From: Chiloscyllium plagiosum
Lineage: Eukaryota
Direction of reading: 5' to 3'
DNA length: 33,891 bases
Assembly: GCF_004010195.1 (NCBI RefSeq)
Contig: NW_025215128.1
Location: forward strand, 1 to 33,891
The notes beneath the pieces are model-generated. The model did not search any database, had not been told where the DNA came from, and worked only from the letters and a program-made list of their open reading frames with translations. Shown here one piece after another: positions 12,165 to 22,110 of the stretch (the first letter of the stretch is position 1; every line of letters starts with the position of its first letter). Position numbers and translations under genes: made by a program.

Positions 12165-12410
12165 GCGTTAGCAGCCGTGTCTGGTGTTTTTGTATACGTA
12201 ATTCAAGACAGGGACAGCCAGAAGTGGCAGGTTAAACAAGGTGGGAAGGAGAGGGACAGAGTGATACAAATTCTGGAAATGACCCCCATCACTGAATCAG
12301 TTCCCAGACTCTCAGACAATAAACCAAACCCCGGGGACTGGCAGTGCAGTATGAAAGCTTTTGGCCCTTGATACTAGTTGAAATTGGATCCTGATGTCTG
12401 AGTTTCAAAT
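12165..12410 (-). pseudogene. Possible decayed Ig V-type domain (second V)
   Basis: HQDPISTSIKGQ / FILHCQSPGFGLLSES ... LSLS*ITYTKTPDTAAN resembles FR1 (Q.P.S...GQ..L.C..SGF) and FR3 (LSL.I..LK.EDTA). No YYC retained. Confidence 0.25.
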
Positions 12411-12543
12411 CATGGGGGAGTGATGATAAAATGTGACGCTTCTGGAATTAAATAAGTGGTGGGATCTTTATTTTTTTAAAAAATCTGCGTATCCAAAGGA
12501 ACAATGATATCCTTCAATCGAGGCCAATAGAATTCATGTTTGT

Positions 12544-12545
<2 letters not shown>

Positions 12546-12598
<53 letters not shown>
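12546..12598. repeat. (TC)n microsatellite followed by CT-rich low complexity to ~13025
   Basis: Perfect TC run of about 53 bp. Confidence 0.99.
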
Positions 12599-12601
<3 letters not shown>

Positions 12602-13330
12602 CTTCCTCAGTCTGTCTCTGTCTCTGGCCTTCTGTTTCTCCTTTTTTTGCTTTTTATTTCTCTCTTTCTCAGATTATAGGAGTCTTTCCTTGGATTAACT
12701 CTTAATTTTACTTGTGCTTTTTTTTGTCGCTCACTTTGTCTTCTCTTTTGCTGAGGATTTTCCTGCATCCCTCTCGTGCTGGTTTCACAGCCTGAGATTT
12801 ATCTCCCTCTCCGTGCCCGTCTCTGTTTCTCCGTCTGTTGCCCCGTGTCCCTCCCTCTGTCTCCCAAATAGTTGCCTTCACGGTGCATCCCACATCGCGG
12901 TCCGTCTCCCTCCTCTGCCTATCTACTCTGACACCGCATCTCCCGCTCTCTGTCCCTTCCCAGCTCCATAACTCTGACACTCGCGACCCGGTCTCCCTCC
13001 CTCCCTTTCTCTGTCTATCTTCCAGATGAGTAAACTCGGACTCAGTGTTGTGTGGTGACGAATATTTTGTTATCATTGTGGAATCGTTCTGTTCCCAGTG
13101 CCTCCCGAATTGTATTCCTGAAATGGGGCCTCATTTACTGCTACTGAAGGGGAAAGGGTTTCACACAATTGACAAGGTGGGTGACCTCAGACAGAAGGAG
13201 GTAGCGGAGTAGAGAGGGATTGACAACATGGGTGTACAGGTTACAGAAACGAAGAGAGATGGCTCAAGGGACGGACAGTGCGAAACAGGGCAGGAGCATC
13301 AGAGAGTTCACAATATTTTCCCAACAAACG

Positions 13331-13460
13331 TCAGTTCGGACGAAGCGTCAGCAGACCCGAAATGTCAATTGAGATTTCACTTCATAGTTGCTGCTAGATC
13401 TGCCAAACGTTCTGGCAACTTCTGGATTTGTTTCTGATTAGCACCATCGGCACTTCTTTC
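13331..13460 (+). mobile_element. Short Penelope-terminus-type element with degenerate hammerhead (family B)
   Basis: tcagtt CGGACGA a gcgtc agca gaccc GAAA tgtc aattga, then a tail like the reverse complement of 28835-28928. Confidence 0.7.
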
Positions 13461-14579
13461 AGAATGTGTACAATATTTTAGCGTGAAGTTTTTTGAAGGT
13501 GTGGAACAACGGAATAAAGAAAGAGAACAAGCTAATTTGCGGCGGAGGGGGAAATGTCGAACAGTTGAGGAGCAGAAGTACTGTGGTTACGAGAATATTG
13601 GCGGAAGATATGTATGGAGTGTGGAGAAGAAGCAGAGAGCGTGTGTCGGGAAGTGGAAAGGNNNNNNNNNNNNNNNNNNNNNNNNNNNNNNNNNNNNNNN
13701 NNNNNNNNNNNNNNNNNNNNNNNNNNNNNNNNNNNNNNNNNNNNNNNNNNNNNNNNNNNNNNNNNNNNNNNNNNNNNNNNNNNNNNNNNNNNNNNNNNNN
13801 NNNNNNNNNNNNNNNNNNNNNNNNNNNNNNNNNNNNNNNNNNNNNNNNNNNNNNNNNNNNNNNNNNNNNNNNNNNNNNNNNNNNNNNNNNNNNNNNNNNN
13901 NNNNNNNNNNNNNNNNNNNNNNNNNNNNNNNNNNNNNNNNNNNNNNNNNNNNNNNNNNNNNNNNNNNNNNNNNNNNNNNNNNNNNNNNNNNNNNNNNNNN
14001 NNNNNNNNNNNNNNNNNNNNNNNNNNNNNNNNNNNNNNNNNNNNNNNNNNNNNNNNNNNNNNNNNNNNNNNNNNNNNNNNNNNNNNNNNNNNNNNNNNNN
14101 NNNNNNNNNNNNNNNNNNNNNNNNNNNNNNNNNNNNNNNNNNNNNNNNNNNNNNNNNNNNNNNNNNNNNNNNNNNNNNNNNNNNNNNNNNNNNNNNNNNN
14201 NNNNNNNNNNNNNNNNNNNGAGAATGTGCAAACTCCACACAGTCAGTCGCCTGAGGCGGGAATTGAACCCGGGTCTCTGGCGCTGTGAGGCAGCAGTGCT
14301 AACCACTGTGCCACCGTGCCGCCCACGTTCTGGCAACTTCTGGATTTGTTTCGGATTAGCACCATCGCCACTTCTTGCAGAATGTGTACAACACTTTAGC
14401 GTGAAGTTATTTGTAGGTGTGGAAGAACGGAATAAAGAAAGAGAACAAGCTGATTTTTGGCGGAGGGGGAGATGTAGAACAGTTGGGGAGCAGAAGTACT
14501 GTGGTTACGAGAATATTGGCGGAAGATATGTATGGAGTGTGGAGAAGAAGCAGAGAGCGTGTGTCGGGAAGTGGAAAGG
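13407..14579. repeat. 255-bp direct repeat on both sides of an assembly gap (13407-13661 / 14325-14579)
   Basis: Offset 918; near-identical with scattered substitutions. Confidence 0.95.
14220..14324 (-). mobile_element. Young HE1 SINE, tRNA-derived 5' head (rest in gap)
   Basis: Minus strand gggcggcacggtggcacagtggttagcactgctgcctcacagcgccagagacccgggttcaattcccgcc with intact A and B boxes. Confidence 0.93.
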
Positions 14580-14644
14580 GATAAGAGAAGAAATCAAAGA
14601 CATACGAGAGTTGACAGTGAGAAAGAGACACAAGAGGGAAAGAG

Positions 14645-14860
14645 ACAGTCTGTGTTGGGTTTGCACATTTTCCCGTGTTTACTTCAAGTGATCCAGTTCG
14701 GCAATTTAGCCATGCTAAATTGACATATGTGTTCGGTCATTTCATCAGTCACGAACTTCGAGTCATCGAGGAATTGGTCTGGGTGGGTCACTCTTTGGAG
14801 GGACAGTGTGGATTTGTTGAGCCAAAGGGGCTATTTCCACATTGTGGGGCGTCTATTTTC
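14645..14860 (+). mobile_element. Old, deleted HE1 SINE
   Basis: gtctgtgttgggtttgcacattttcccgtgt..gccatgctaaattg..ggtctgggtggg..gtgtggatttgttgagccaaagggg..tttccacattgt. Confidence 0.8.
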
Positions 14861-15062
14861 AAAGAACTTCGACGAACAATTTGTCATTCTAATTAAAATA
14901 AGAAACCATCTCTTTCGACGGTTTATCACATTTCCGCACTCCCGTGAGATGGGCCATCAGATGGGGTGTTTCCTCATTGTAGAACCGCAACAGGAAGGTA
15001 GAGCTTTTTTAAAAAACAGCATTGACATTCCAGCAGTACTATTTCTCTCCCTCTCTATTAAA

Positions 15063-15700
15063 CACACACATAAAAATTGTTCCCAGACCTAAAATCCACA
15101 CAGAGACAAAGCTGCAGTTTTCAACCAGCTCTCACACTATCCTTCAGGCAAAGGATTAGAACCTTCTCCATTCAGGAAACAAAGATTTATCCCATAGAGA
15201 AAGCATTATTTACACGTCGATCATCACAAAATGTGAGTGGGACTGAAATTCGCCAGTAAAGTCAGCGAGTGGAAGGTACGATTTGTAAGTTGCCGATGAC
15301 ACGAAGGTTGGAGTGCTGGATTGTGTGGAGTCCTGTTGCTGGTTTTAGCAATGGGATTGATAGGATTCTGAGCTGGGCTGAGTAACGCAGACGCAATTTA
15401 ACATGGAAAACTGTTAAGCGATTCATTTTGCACCATCGAATTTGAATGCACATTACAGGGGTTAAGGGTTGAAGGTGTCTTTTGCACATAGCGGCCTGTG
15501 GGTGCATTCCTAACCGTTCCACTGTCTCTAGCCTGCAGCCCCAAAACCACACTATTCTCCTCACAAAGGCCACTGATTCCACACGAGAAATTTATCATTA
15601 TCAACGGCTGTTGCATCAACGTTGCAGTGTTCCAAGATTGACATGCTTTGTGCGCACCAAAACTATGGTCTCTATGGATAGCCTGTATTCCCAGACCAAC
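15063..15700 (-). pseudogene. Candidate decayed Ig V-domain exon with adjacent J-like motif, split by a CR1 fragment
   Basis: After a cag acceptor (15701-15703): GIQAI/ETIVLVRT/QSMSILEHCNVDATAVDNDKFLVWNQWPL*GE (Cys 15624-26, Trp 15 codons later). Beyond the CR1 insert: DFTGEFQS/DRRVNNAFSM/LNGEGS/LC, then WILGLGTIFM at 15098-15069 (FGxGT-like). Confidence 0.5.
15262..15475 (+). mobile_element. CR1 RT fragment
   Basis: gtggaaggtacgatttgtaagttgccgatgacacgaaggttggag..gattgatagg..agctgggctgagtaacgcagacgcaatttaac corresponds to VEG.ISKFADDTKVG..DIDR..WAE.WQM.FN. Confidence 0.85.
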
Positions 15701-15879
15701 CTGTTCCCTGGTCACGGAAGGCAGCCGAATGTTCGAGGAAGAGAGGCATAGTGGATGTGATAGGGAGACAGAGAATTCAAGAGGGAGAGAGAGTGAAGCA
15801 ATATTGTGAAGGGCGTGACAGTGAAATAACGTGAGACAATGAGAGGAGAATAGAAACGGGTGAACTGTGTGAGACTGGG

Positions 15880-15954
15880 AGGAAGATATTGAGGGAGGAG
15901 GAGCAAGGTGCACAGATGTATTGTGCTGTTGCCAGGTTGGATTGAGTGAGCCAT
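15880..15954 (-). pseudogene. Possible leader-peptide exon of the Ig-like pseudogene
   Basis: MAHSIQPGNSTIHLCTLLLLPQYLP, followed by a ~180-nt pyrimidine-rich intron-like tract before the V-like exon. Splice donor not intact. Confidence 0.25.
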
Positions 15955-16295
15955 ACGTGAAAGCAAGGTCAGAGTGACTTAAACCAACTCCTGAGCTCGG
16001 TCCTGGTCCCCTTCCCTCCCCTCTTGAGGACAGTACTTGGTACTGAATCTAACCAGCTCAGCTTCTTCAACACCAAGACAAACAACTATCTAGATCACTC
16101 GATGTTTGGAATTCTTAATGAACATTTTTCTGACAGGTATCCAACTGAAGTGATAGATACAGTCAGTGGAATGGTGCCTGTTCGCCCTAGCCTCTCCGCT
16201 GAGAGAAACGTTGAAAAGTGTTTGTGTAACCTCTTGTGGGATACGGTTAAACAAACCAGCACTGCCCTCATTCTGCTACCACAGTGCCACACGAC

Positions 16296-16301
16296 TTTAT
16301 T
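16296..16301 (-). promoter_or_regulatory. Putative polyadenylation signal AATAAA of the GPCR gene
   Basis: tttatt on plus strand, about 44 nt downstream of the GPCR stop codon. Confidence 0.5.
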
Positions 16302-16344
16302 GTTGAAACATTAAACTGAAATGAGAAAATCCTGGATGGATTGA

Positions 16345-16710
16345 TTAATGATTGTGTTTGATTGATTGATGAATTTTTATGAAGGGATATTTCAGCACAT
16401 TCTTCAGTTTCTGTCTGAATTTAGTCTGGGTCACAGAATAAATCACAGTGTTTGTGCAGCAACTGAGGAGCTGCAGCATGAAGCCCAATTGCAGCACAAA
16501 CCAATGTAGATGCACAGACGTATTGCCCAAATACGTCATCCGTTTCCATGTTACAAACATCATTAACGTTGACCATAACAATATGAAATTGGCCGAGATC
16601 AGGAACAGTAAAATAATAGACATTTTTCGATTTTGCATTTCTGCATCACACTGAGCGTCCCTGTTGGTATGAGCCCAGAGTCTCCTCCGGGCTCTGCTCG
16701 TCACTAAAAT
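16345..16710 (-). CDS. Partial class A GPCR, GPR139/GPR142-like (ICL3, TM6, TM7, helix 8, C-terminus); 5' part lost in gap
   Basis: Open frame from the gap edge: ILVTSRARRRL..DAEMQNRKMSIILLFLISANFILLW (TM6)..LGFMLQLLSCCTNTVIYSVTQTKFRQKL (TM7 NTxxY and helix 8 FR), stop TAA at 16345-47. No disablements. Confidence 0.88.
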   Translation of the reverse strand: MLVTSRARRRLWAHTNRDAQCDAEMQNRKMSIILLFLISANFILLWSTLMMFVTWKRMTYLGNTSVHLHWFVLQLGFMLQLLSCCTNTVIYSVTQTKFRQKLKNVLKYPFIKIHQSIKHNH

Positions 16711-16754
16711 NNNNNNNNNNNNNNNNNNNNNNNNNNNNNNNNNNNNNNNNNNNN

Positions 16755-16842
<88 letters not shown>

Positions 16843-16900
16843 ATAGACAGACAGATGGATAGACAGACAGATGGATAGATAGTTAGATGATAGAGATAGA
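16755..16900. repeat. (GATA)n / GACA microsatellite
   Basis: Perfect atag run starting at the gap edge, degenerating distally. Confidence 0.99.
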
Positions 16901-16979
16901 CGGACAGACCTCTACACGAAAATTGAGTTGAATAGTTAATGAAAAATGCAGAAACATGCATAGGCACACAAACACAAAT

Positions 16980-17745
16980 AGAGTCAGAATGATGTACAAT
17001 CTGGAAACAAACTATTTGTTTCATCAAGTCCGTGCCGACCATAATTCCAAACTAAGATCGTTCCAACTGCCTGTGTTGGGCATATATCCCAACAAACCTT
17101 TTCCCTCTTCAGTACTTATATAAGTTTCAATTAAATACTGCTATGGTACCAACACCCACATTTACCTCTGAAAGCTGAATTCACACACTGTGTCTGATAA
17201 ATTGCCCCTTAGGTTCTTTTATAATCTATGTCCTCTCACCTCGAAACTATCCTTTGGACTTGAAATCGCTCATCCAAGATAATATGAGTCAAGTTATACA
17301 TAACCCTCGTGATTTTATAAACCTCTGTTAGATTACTCCGAACTTGCTGCGCTTCAGTGAAAATGGTCCCAGACTATCCATCCTGTTTTTAAAACCCAAC
17401 CTTTCAATTCCTGGCAACACCCTGGATAACATTGTTTGAATTTTCGCCATTTTACTAATACCCTTCCATTAGCAGGGCAGCCAGATGTGAACGCAGGACT
17501 CGAGAGTGGGCCGCATCAACATTTTGTGCAACTGTAACATGACGTCCCAACTACTTTCCTCAACGGTCTGAGTAATGAAGCCAAGCGTTCAAAATGTCTT
17601 TTTATCCAACCTATCTGTAGTGAGGCAAACTTGAAAGGATTATACATGAAACCAGAGCTCTGTCGACCAAAATGTTTGTTTACCAAAATGCAGTACCTCC
17701 TATTTATCCAAGTTCAGCTCTATCTGCCACTGGTCATGCCAGTGA
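16980..17745 (-). mobile_element. CR1 LINE 3' portion, degenerate
   Basis: Similar to 58-1150 and 27115-27950 (e.g. caactgtaacatgacgtcccaactact, ccaaaatgcagtacctc..tttatcc). Confidence 0.8.
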
Positions 17746-18634
17746 GTGATAAGACCTTGCTCACACTCACCATTCAATATTGAAAGAACCTGATCCCCAT
17801 CTCCAGAAGGCCTACAATCTCCTACCTTCAGTTTCTCAAACAAGGTTTGGCTTGCCTTGTGCAGACAGTATGAAGAGGAGAGATTGAGTTGCAGACCCAG
17901 GCAGTGGGGAAAAGAGAGTGCAAAGTAATAGCTACTTTGTATAGTTTAACGATTTCAGGAAGAGTGCAGTCGCACTTCAGCGGTGGGATATCGTAATCTG
18001 CAATGTGACCTTTTGGAGCACTGGTGTGCATTCATCATATCTATTCGAGTTCCTACATAGCAAAGATTGTGTCTGCAGGATTTATTTTCCTAACTTTACA
18101 AAATATATATAGGAACCATTCAAGCTAGAAATTTTGGCCCAACAGTTGAAGATAATCTGCTTGGCAGATCACATGCTCTCAAATCCTAGAGTTGAGGTAA
18201 ATAACTTGCATCTATTGAACAACAAAAAATATCCACTATATATTTCGGTAAATTAACCAGATTTTATCAATTCCTACGGAGCTGAAAACTGGCACTTAAA
18301 ATGTTACTCAATATATCAGCATGGTTTCGAGCTTGTCTAATGGGTAGCACCCATGTTATAAAAAGCTGATGAACAACACACAGGAGACCATGTTGCAGTT
18401 TTTAGCAGCTATTGCCGAGTGGTGGCAACGTCCCTACTTCTGGGCACAAAGGTCTATGTTGAAATAACACAGACGTGTTTTACAATATGTCTGTATACGT
18501 TGATTAAAATGATTTTAGAATTGTAACTTGATGGATAAGGAAGAGGTGTCAGTACTGAAATTCAGATTTTAGGCCGGTATGATTGAAAGCATAGCTATAC
18601 GTGTTGATTGTTAAAAAGTACAACTTCTGGCGGC

Positions 18635-18860
18635 TTCAGAAATCATAACGGCTATGGATAGGATGCATAATCACAGTCTTTTCCTCAGGGTAGACGAGTC
18701 CAAAACTAGAGTTCATACGTTTAAACTGATTGGGGAAAGCTTTAAAAGGGACATAAGATGCAAACTTTTTCACACACAGACTGATGCGTGTATGGAATGA
18801 GCTGCCTCCAGAGGGGTTGATGGAGGCTGGTGAAATGGCAAAAGAGAGGCACATTGAATA
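18635..18860 (+). mobile_element. CR1 ORF2 C-terminal fragment, followed by a short HE1 head remnant (18860-18912)
   Basis: aaaactagagttcatacgtttaaactg..ctttttcacacacagactgatgcgtgtatggaatgagctgcc corresponds to TRGH..K...FFTQRVV.VWN.LP. Confidence 0.8.
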
Positions 18861-19399
18861 GCATTGCTACCTCACAGTGTTATGGACGCGGGTTCGTTCC
18901 CAGACTCAGGTCATAACATTTGGGGATACATTCGTTTTCATTTTCTGAGCATATCTATTGATACAATTGCTTTAAGCTTTTATCTTTCTGTTGTAACTCA
19001 TTTACTTTATCTGAGCTAAAGATGTCGGGTTTGTCATCTGTCTGCTCCTTTTTTGCATCTTCCATATGGTCAGACAGGGTCTCTGCCATTGACACTTCAA
19101 CATCCCTATCTGTACTGTTTGATGTCTCCTGTTTCATTTGGTGATATTGTGACCTCGTTAACACACAGTCAGGAAAAGTCCCAGGACAAGTGTCCTTCAA
19201 TAATTCGATTGCCCGAAATTCACTGGCATTTCAATCACAGTAGTTAGCACTCCTACCTTTGAATCAGCAATATCATTCGCAAGCACAATTCGTAATCATG
19301 AAGCTGAGAGTTTGTCCAGTATTCCAACCACGACTTATCCAGTCATCACTGGACACACTATCCTCAGCAGACGTAACAGTGTGCTACGAACACTTTTTC

Positions 19400-19670
19400 G
19401 GTTTTTTCATTATTCATTTGTGGCGTCACTGCCTGGGCAGCATTGACAACCCATCGGTATTTGCCCGTCAGAACGTGATAGTGAAGTGCCTTCTTGAATC
19501 GCTGTAGTCCACTTGCTGTTGGTTGAACCACAATGCTGGTTTTGCGAGAATTCCAGGATTTCGATCCAACAACTCTGAAGGAATGGCGTGACGTTTCCAA
19601 GTCAAGTTGGTGAGTGACTATTCTGGCAATAGCCCTTCAGTGGTATATATCTCCTCGTCTTACAACATCA
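19400..19670 (-). mobile_element. 3' end of a second LINE family (CR1/L2-like ORF2 C-terminus); short continuation at ~20040-20068
   Basis: ORF 19364..19600 SRHSFRVVGSKSWNS..GLQRFKKALHYH fits the LINE ORF2 terminal SF.....WNSLP...FK..L motif. Confidence 0.7.
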
Positions 19671-19730
19671 CAGATTGAGAGATTTCTGTATGCCCGGATA
19701 ACTGAATCGGTCGAGCATCAGACTTTCAAA

Positions 19731-20030
19731 GGGCGGCACAGTGGCTCAGTGGTTTGCACTATTGCCTCACAGCACCAGCATTCCAGCCACAGGTGACTGT
19801 CTGTGTGGAGTTTGCACATTCTCCCCGTGTCTGCGTGGGTTTTCCCTGGGTGATCCGATTTCCTCCCACATTACAAAGATGTGCAGGTCAGGTGAATTGG
19901 CCATGTTAAATTGCCCATTGTGTTAGGTGTATTAGTAAGAGGGAAATGGGTCTGGGTGGGTTACTCTTCGGAAGGTTGGTGTAGACTTGTTGGGCCGAAG
20001 CGCCTGTTTCCACACTGTAGGGAATCTAAT
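19731..20030 (+). mobile_element. Near full-length HE1 SINE (B-box region deleted)
   Basis: gggcggcacagtggctcagtgg..gtctgtgtggagtttgcacattctccccgtgtctgcgtgggttt..cctgtttccacactgtaggg. Confidence 0.93.
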
Positions 20031-20482
20031 TGTAACCTCTTTATCTGCTGCTCCTTGTCTGTGCTAGTGAAACTAATCTTCGTAGTTAAATGATTTAAAA
20101 CAAACCGGAACTTCGTAATTAATCAGCCTCCGACCAGCGTATGCGATCTGTTGCAGCTTTCCAGCTTCTACTGCTCTTTTCATTACCACACCAACAAAAT
20201 TCATTGACTTATCCTCTTTTCCCAGCACTTTTCCTAATCCAGCAACATTGTGAGTTCATGTGGCCTAATTTATTGCAGTGAAAACACTGGAGCTCTTTCA
20301 ATTCTCTTTCCACTTCCAGAGTTTCCCTTTTACGCTATGCTAAATAATCCTTACCATCTTCATTGAGACCTACCATTCACTTTGCACGCAAGAATTTCCC
20401 TTTTTACCTATTTTTATCTCTCATTGATTGACATTGATTTTCGAATCGAAACTTTGAATTATGAAACAGCTGATAATCGTAA

Positions 20483-20805
20483 GAGTACCCACAGACCGAA
20501 AACAGGTCCTTCGGCCCAACAAGTCCACACCAACACTCAGAAGACTAACCTACCCTGATCCATTTCACCAATTTACCCCTGGCTAATGCACGTAATCTAC
20601 TCATCCAGGAACAATTTAGGCAATTTAATGTGGCCAATTCGATATGTTTGAGTTGTGGGAATAAACGGGAGCAGCTGGAGGGAAGCCACGCAGACAACTG
20701 GGAAATCTGCAAACCTCACACAGCGAGTCGCCCGCGGCTGGAAACAAACTCGTGTACCTTGCGCTGCAATGCAGCATTGCTCAACACTGATTCACCGTGT
20801 CACCC
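20483..20805 (-). mobile_element. Full-length older HE1 SINE inserted in Gypsy gag
   Basis: Reverse-complement match to 19731-20030; gag reads RLTAELA|DYQLFH across the insertion. Confidence 0.88.
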
Positions 20806-21373
20806 AGCCAATTCAGCTGTTAATCTTGCCGTTTTGAAACTCTGCTCTTCCATATGAGTTCTCACTATTTCAGAAAGTGAATTTTTGAACTCCTGTCTCA
20901 GAGACAATTTCTGAAGTTCAGACTCCCTCTCTTTCTTCTTTCTCTCTTTCTCTCTGCTATCTCTCTTTGCCTCTCTTCTGTCGTTCGCTCTCTTTCAATT
21001 TTCATTCGTAATTCATTGCCTCTTGCCTCTAACTTAAGTTGTTACATTTTCAGTTGAATTTTATACATCTCTAAAGACTCTGGTGGCATTACCAGCAAAT
21101 TTAAATGCTGAGCTAATGTAACAATATCTTCATTCCGAAAAATAAGTGGAGGCAACTCGAACACCAGATTTTCTGCTAATTCCAGTTATTTATCTTTTGT
21201 GAACCCACCAAAGTCACTTCTTCTAACCGCAAAAATCGCTTCGTGCCTGAAGGAGTCATTGCTGTCCCGACCCATTCTCCAACCAGAACAAAGGTCATTA
21301 GCACCTCCAACTTGTTGCCTTCGACACCGACAAACCTAATCGCAAATTGGAACAAAGGAACTCATCCCACATC

Positions 21374-21957
21374 TGTAATGGATCAGGTTAGATCTCCTCA
21401 AAACATTTCAATAAAGTACCACTGACATTACAATTGCTAATTGTTTTAAGCAGGTGCAAAATGGATATTCCAGGAGTCATGCAACTTGGCAGGCCACTTA
21501 GTGTTAAAAAAGAAAAAAACGGAGAAATTACTGAAAGAAATATAAACAAAAGAGACCAGCATACCGAATAGATGAATTTATCTGAAAACCTAACAGACTA
21601 TCCCAACACAATGATGCTGATCACAACAGTGGAAAGAATCCTCATTAACAACCCTTGGCACAACAATCAAAACCAGATTCAACTTCCGACAGGAGAGAAG
21701 TACCAGCTTCACAAAGTACGATTTGCGAACCAAAGCAAACCAGAGAACAGCTGAGCGAGGGGAACTGGACACTCCATTTTCATTGTGCAGGTGCTTTTCT
21801 TAAAACTGGAAAGCCTGTTGTTGAGAATGCATTTGTTAGCGACAACCTAACTCAGCTATTTCTCTCCAATCTCAGACATTTCTGTGTCTGTTTGTTACGT
21901 GTTCTCTGAAAAGAAAATAAGGAAAGCATAGCCTTGCTGTGGAGCATCTTCGACACA
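21374..21957 (-). repeat. Putative 5' LTR of the Gypsy element
   Basis: Bounded by TGTAA (21374) and ..cgacaca (21957), i.e. TG..CA, about 115 bp upstream of the gag ATG. No second LTR in the window to confirm. Confidence 0.5.
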
Positions 21958-22007
21958 ACACTTATGCTTGTCCGGAGACTAAAACTAGGAATAGTATAAG
22001 CTTAATA

Positions 22008-22110
22008 CAGATTCTGAGGATGGGTCATTTGCCACAAAACGTGATTTTGATTCCTCTTCATTGTTGCTGACAGACCTGCTGAGCCTTTCCAGCCATTTCT
22101 GCATTTGTTT
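22008..22110 (+). mobile_element. Short Penelope-terminus-type element with decayed hammerhead (family B)
   Basis: ttCTGAGGAtgggtcatttgccacaaaacgtg..tgctgacagacctgctgagcctttccagccatttctg. Confidence 0.65.

Larger units (their letters stand above)
18915..21957 (-). mobile_element. Gmr1-type Gypsy LTR retrotransposon, 5' half (LTR, gag with CCHC knuckle, protease end, pre-integrase linker), with nested insertions
   Basis: Gag from ATG 21259 (MTPSGTKRFL.LEEVTL../LELAENL..LAQHLNL..ERESELQKL..FKNSLSEIVRTH). CFHCNKLGHMNSQC at 20245-20286. VVGILDKL..IVLANDIADSKV at ~19250-19335. PGTFPDCVLTRSQ..LNELQQKDKSL-type linker in ORF 18955..19200. Confidence 0.85.

Noticed and set aside
13026..13176. Plus-strand exon-like segment (tccag|..|gtgggt) faintly resembling an Ig transmembrane exon
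   Set aside because: Stops in all frames, motif too weak, and opposite strand to the Ig-like exons.
14255..14324. tRNA-like A/B boxes (also near 19731 and 600-660)
   Set aside because: These are SINE heads continuous with HE1 bodies, not tRNA genes.
13459..14691. ORFs of 224-402 aa (also 16704-17042 and 28185-28778)
   Set aside because: They read through N gaps or microsatellite.
17771..17997. Minus-strand segment with ttgcag acceptor and gtagga/gtgagt donors (similar donor at 22475-22480)
   Set aside because: No recognisable protein and no GPCR N-terminal similarity; could be a UTR exon but unsupported.
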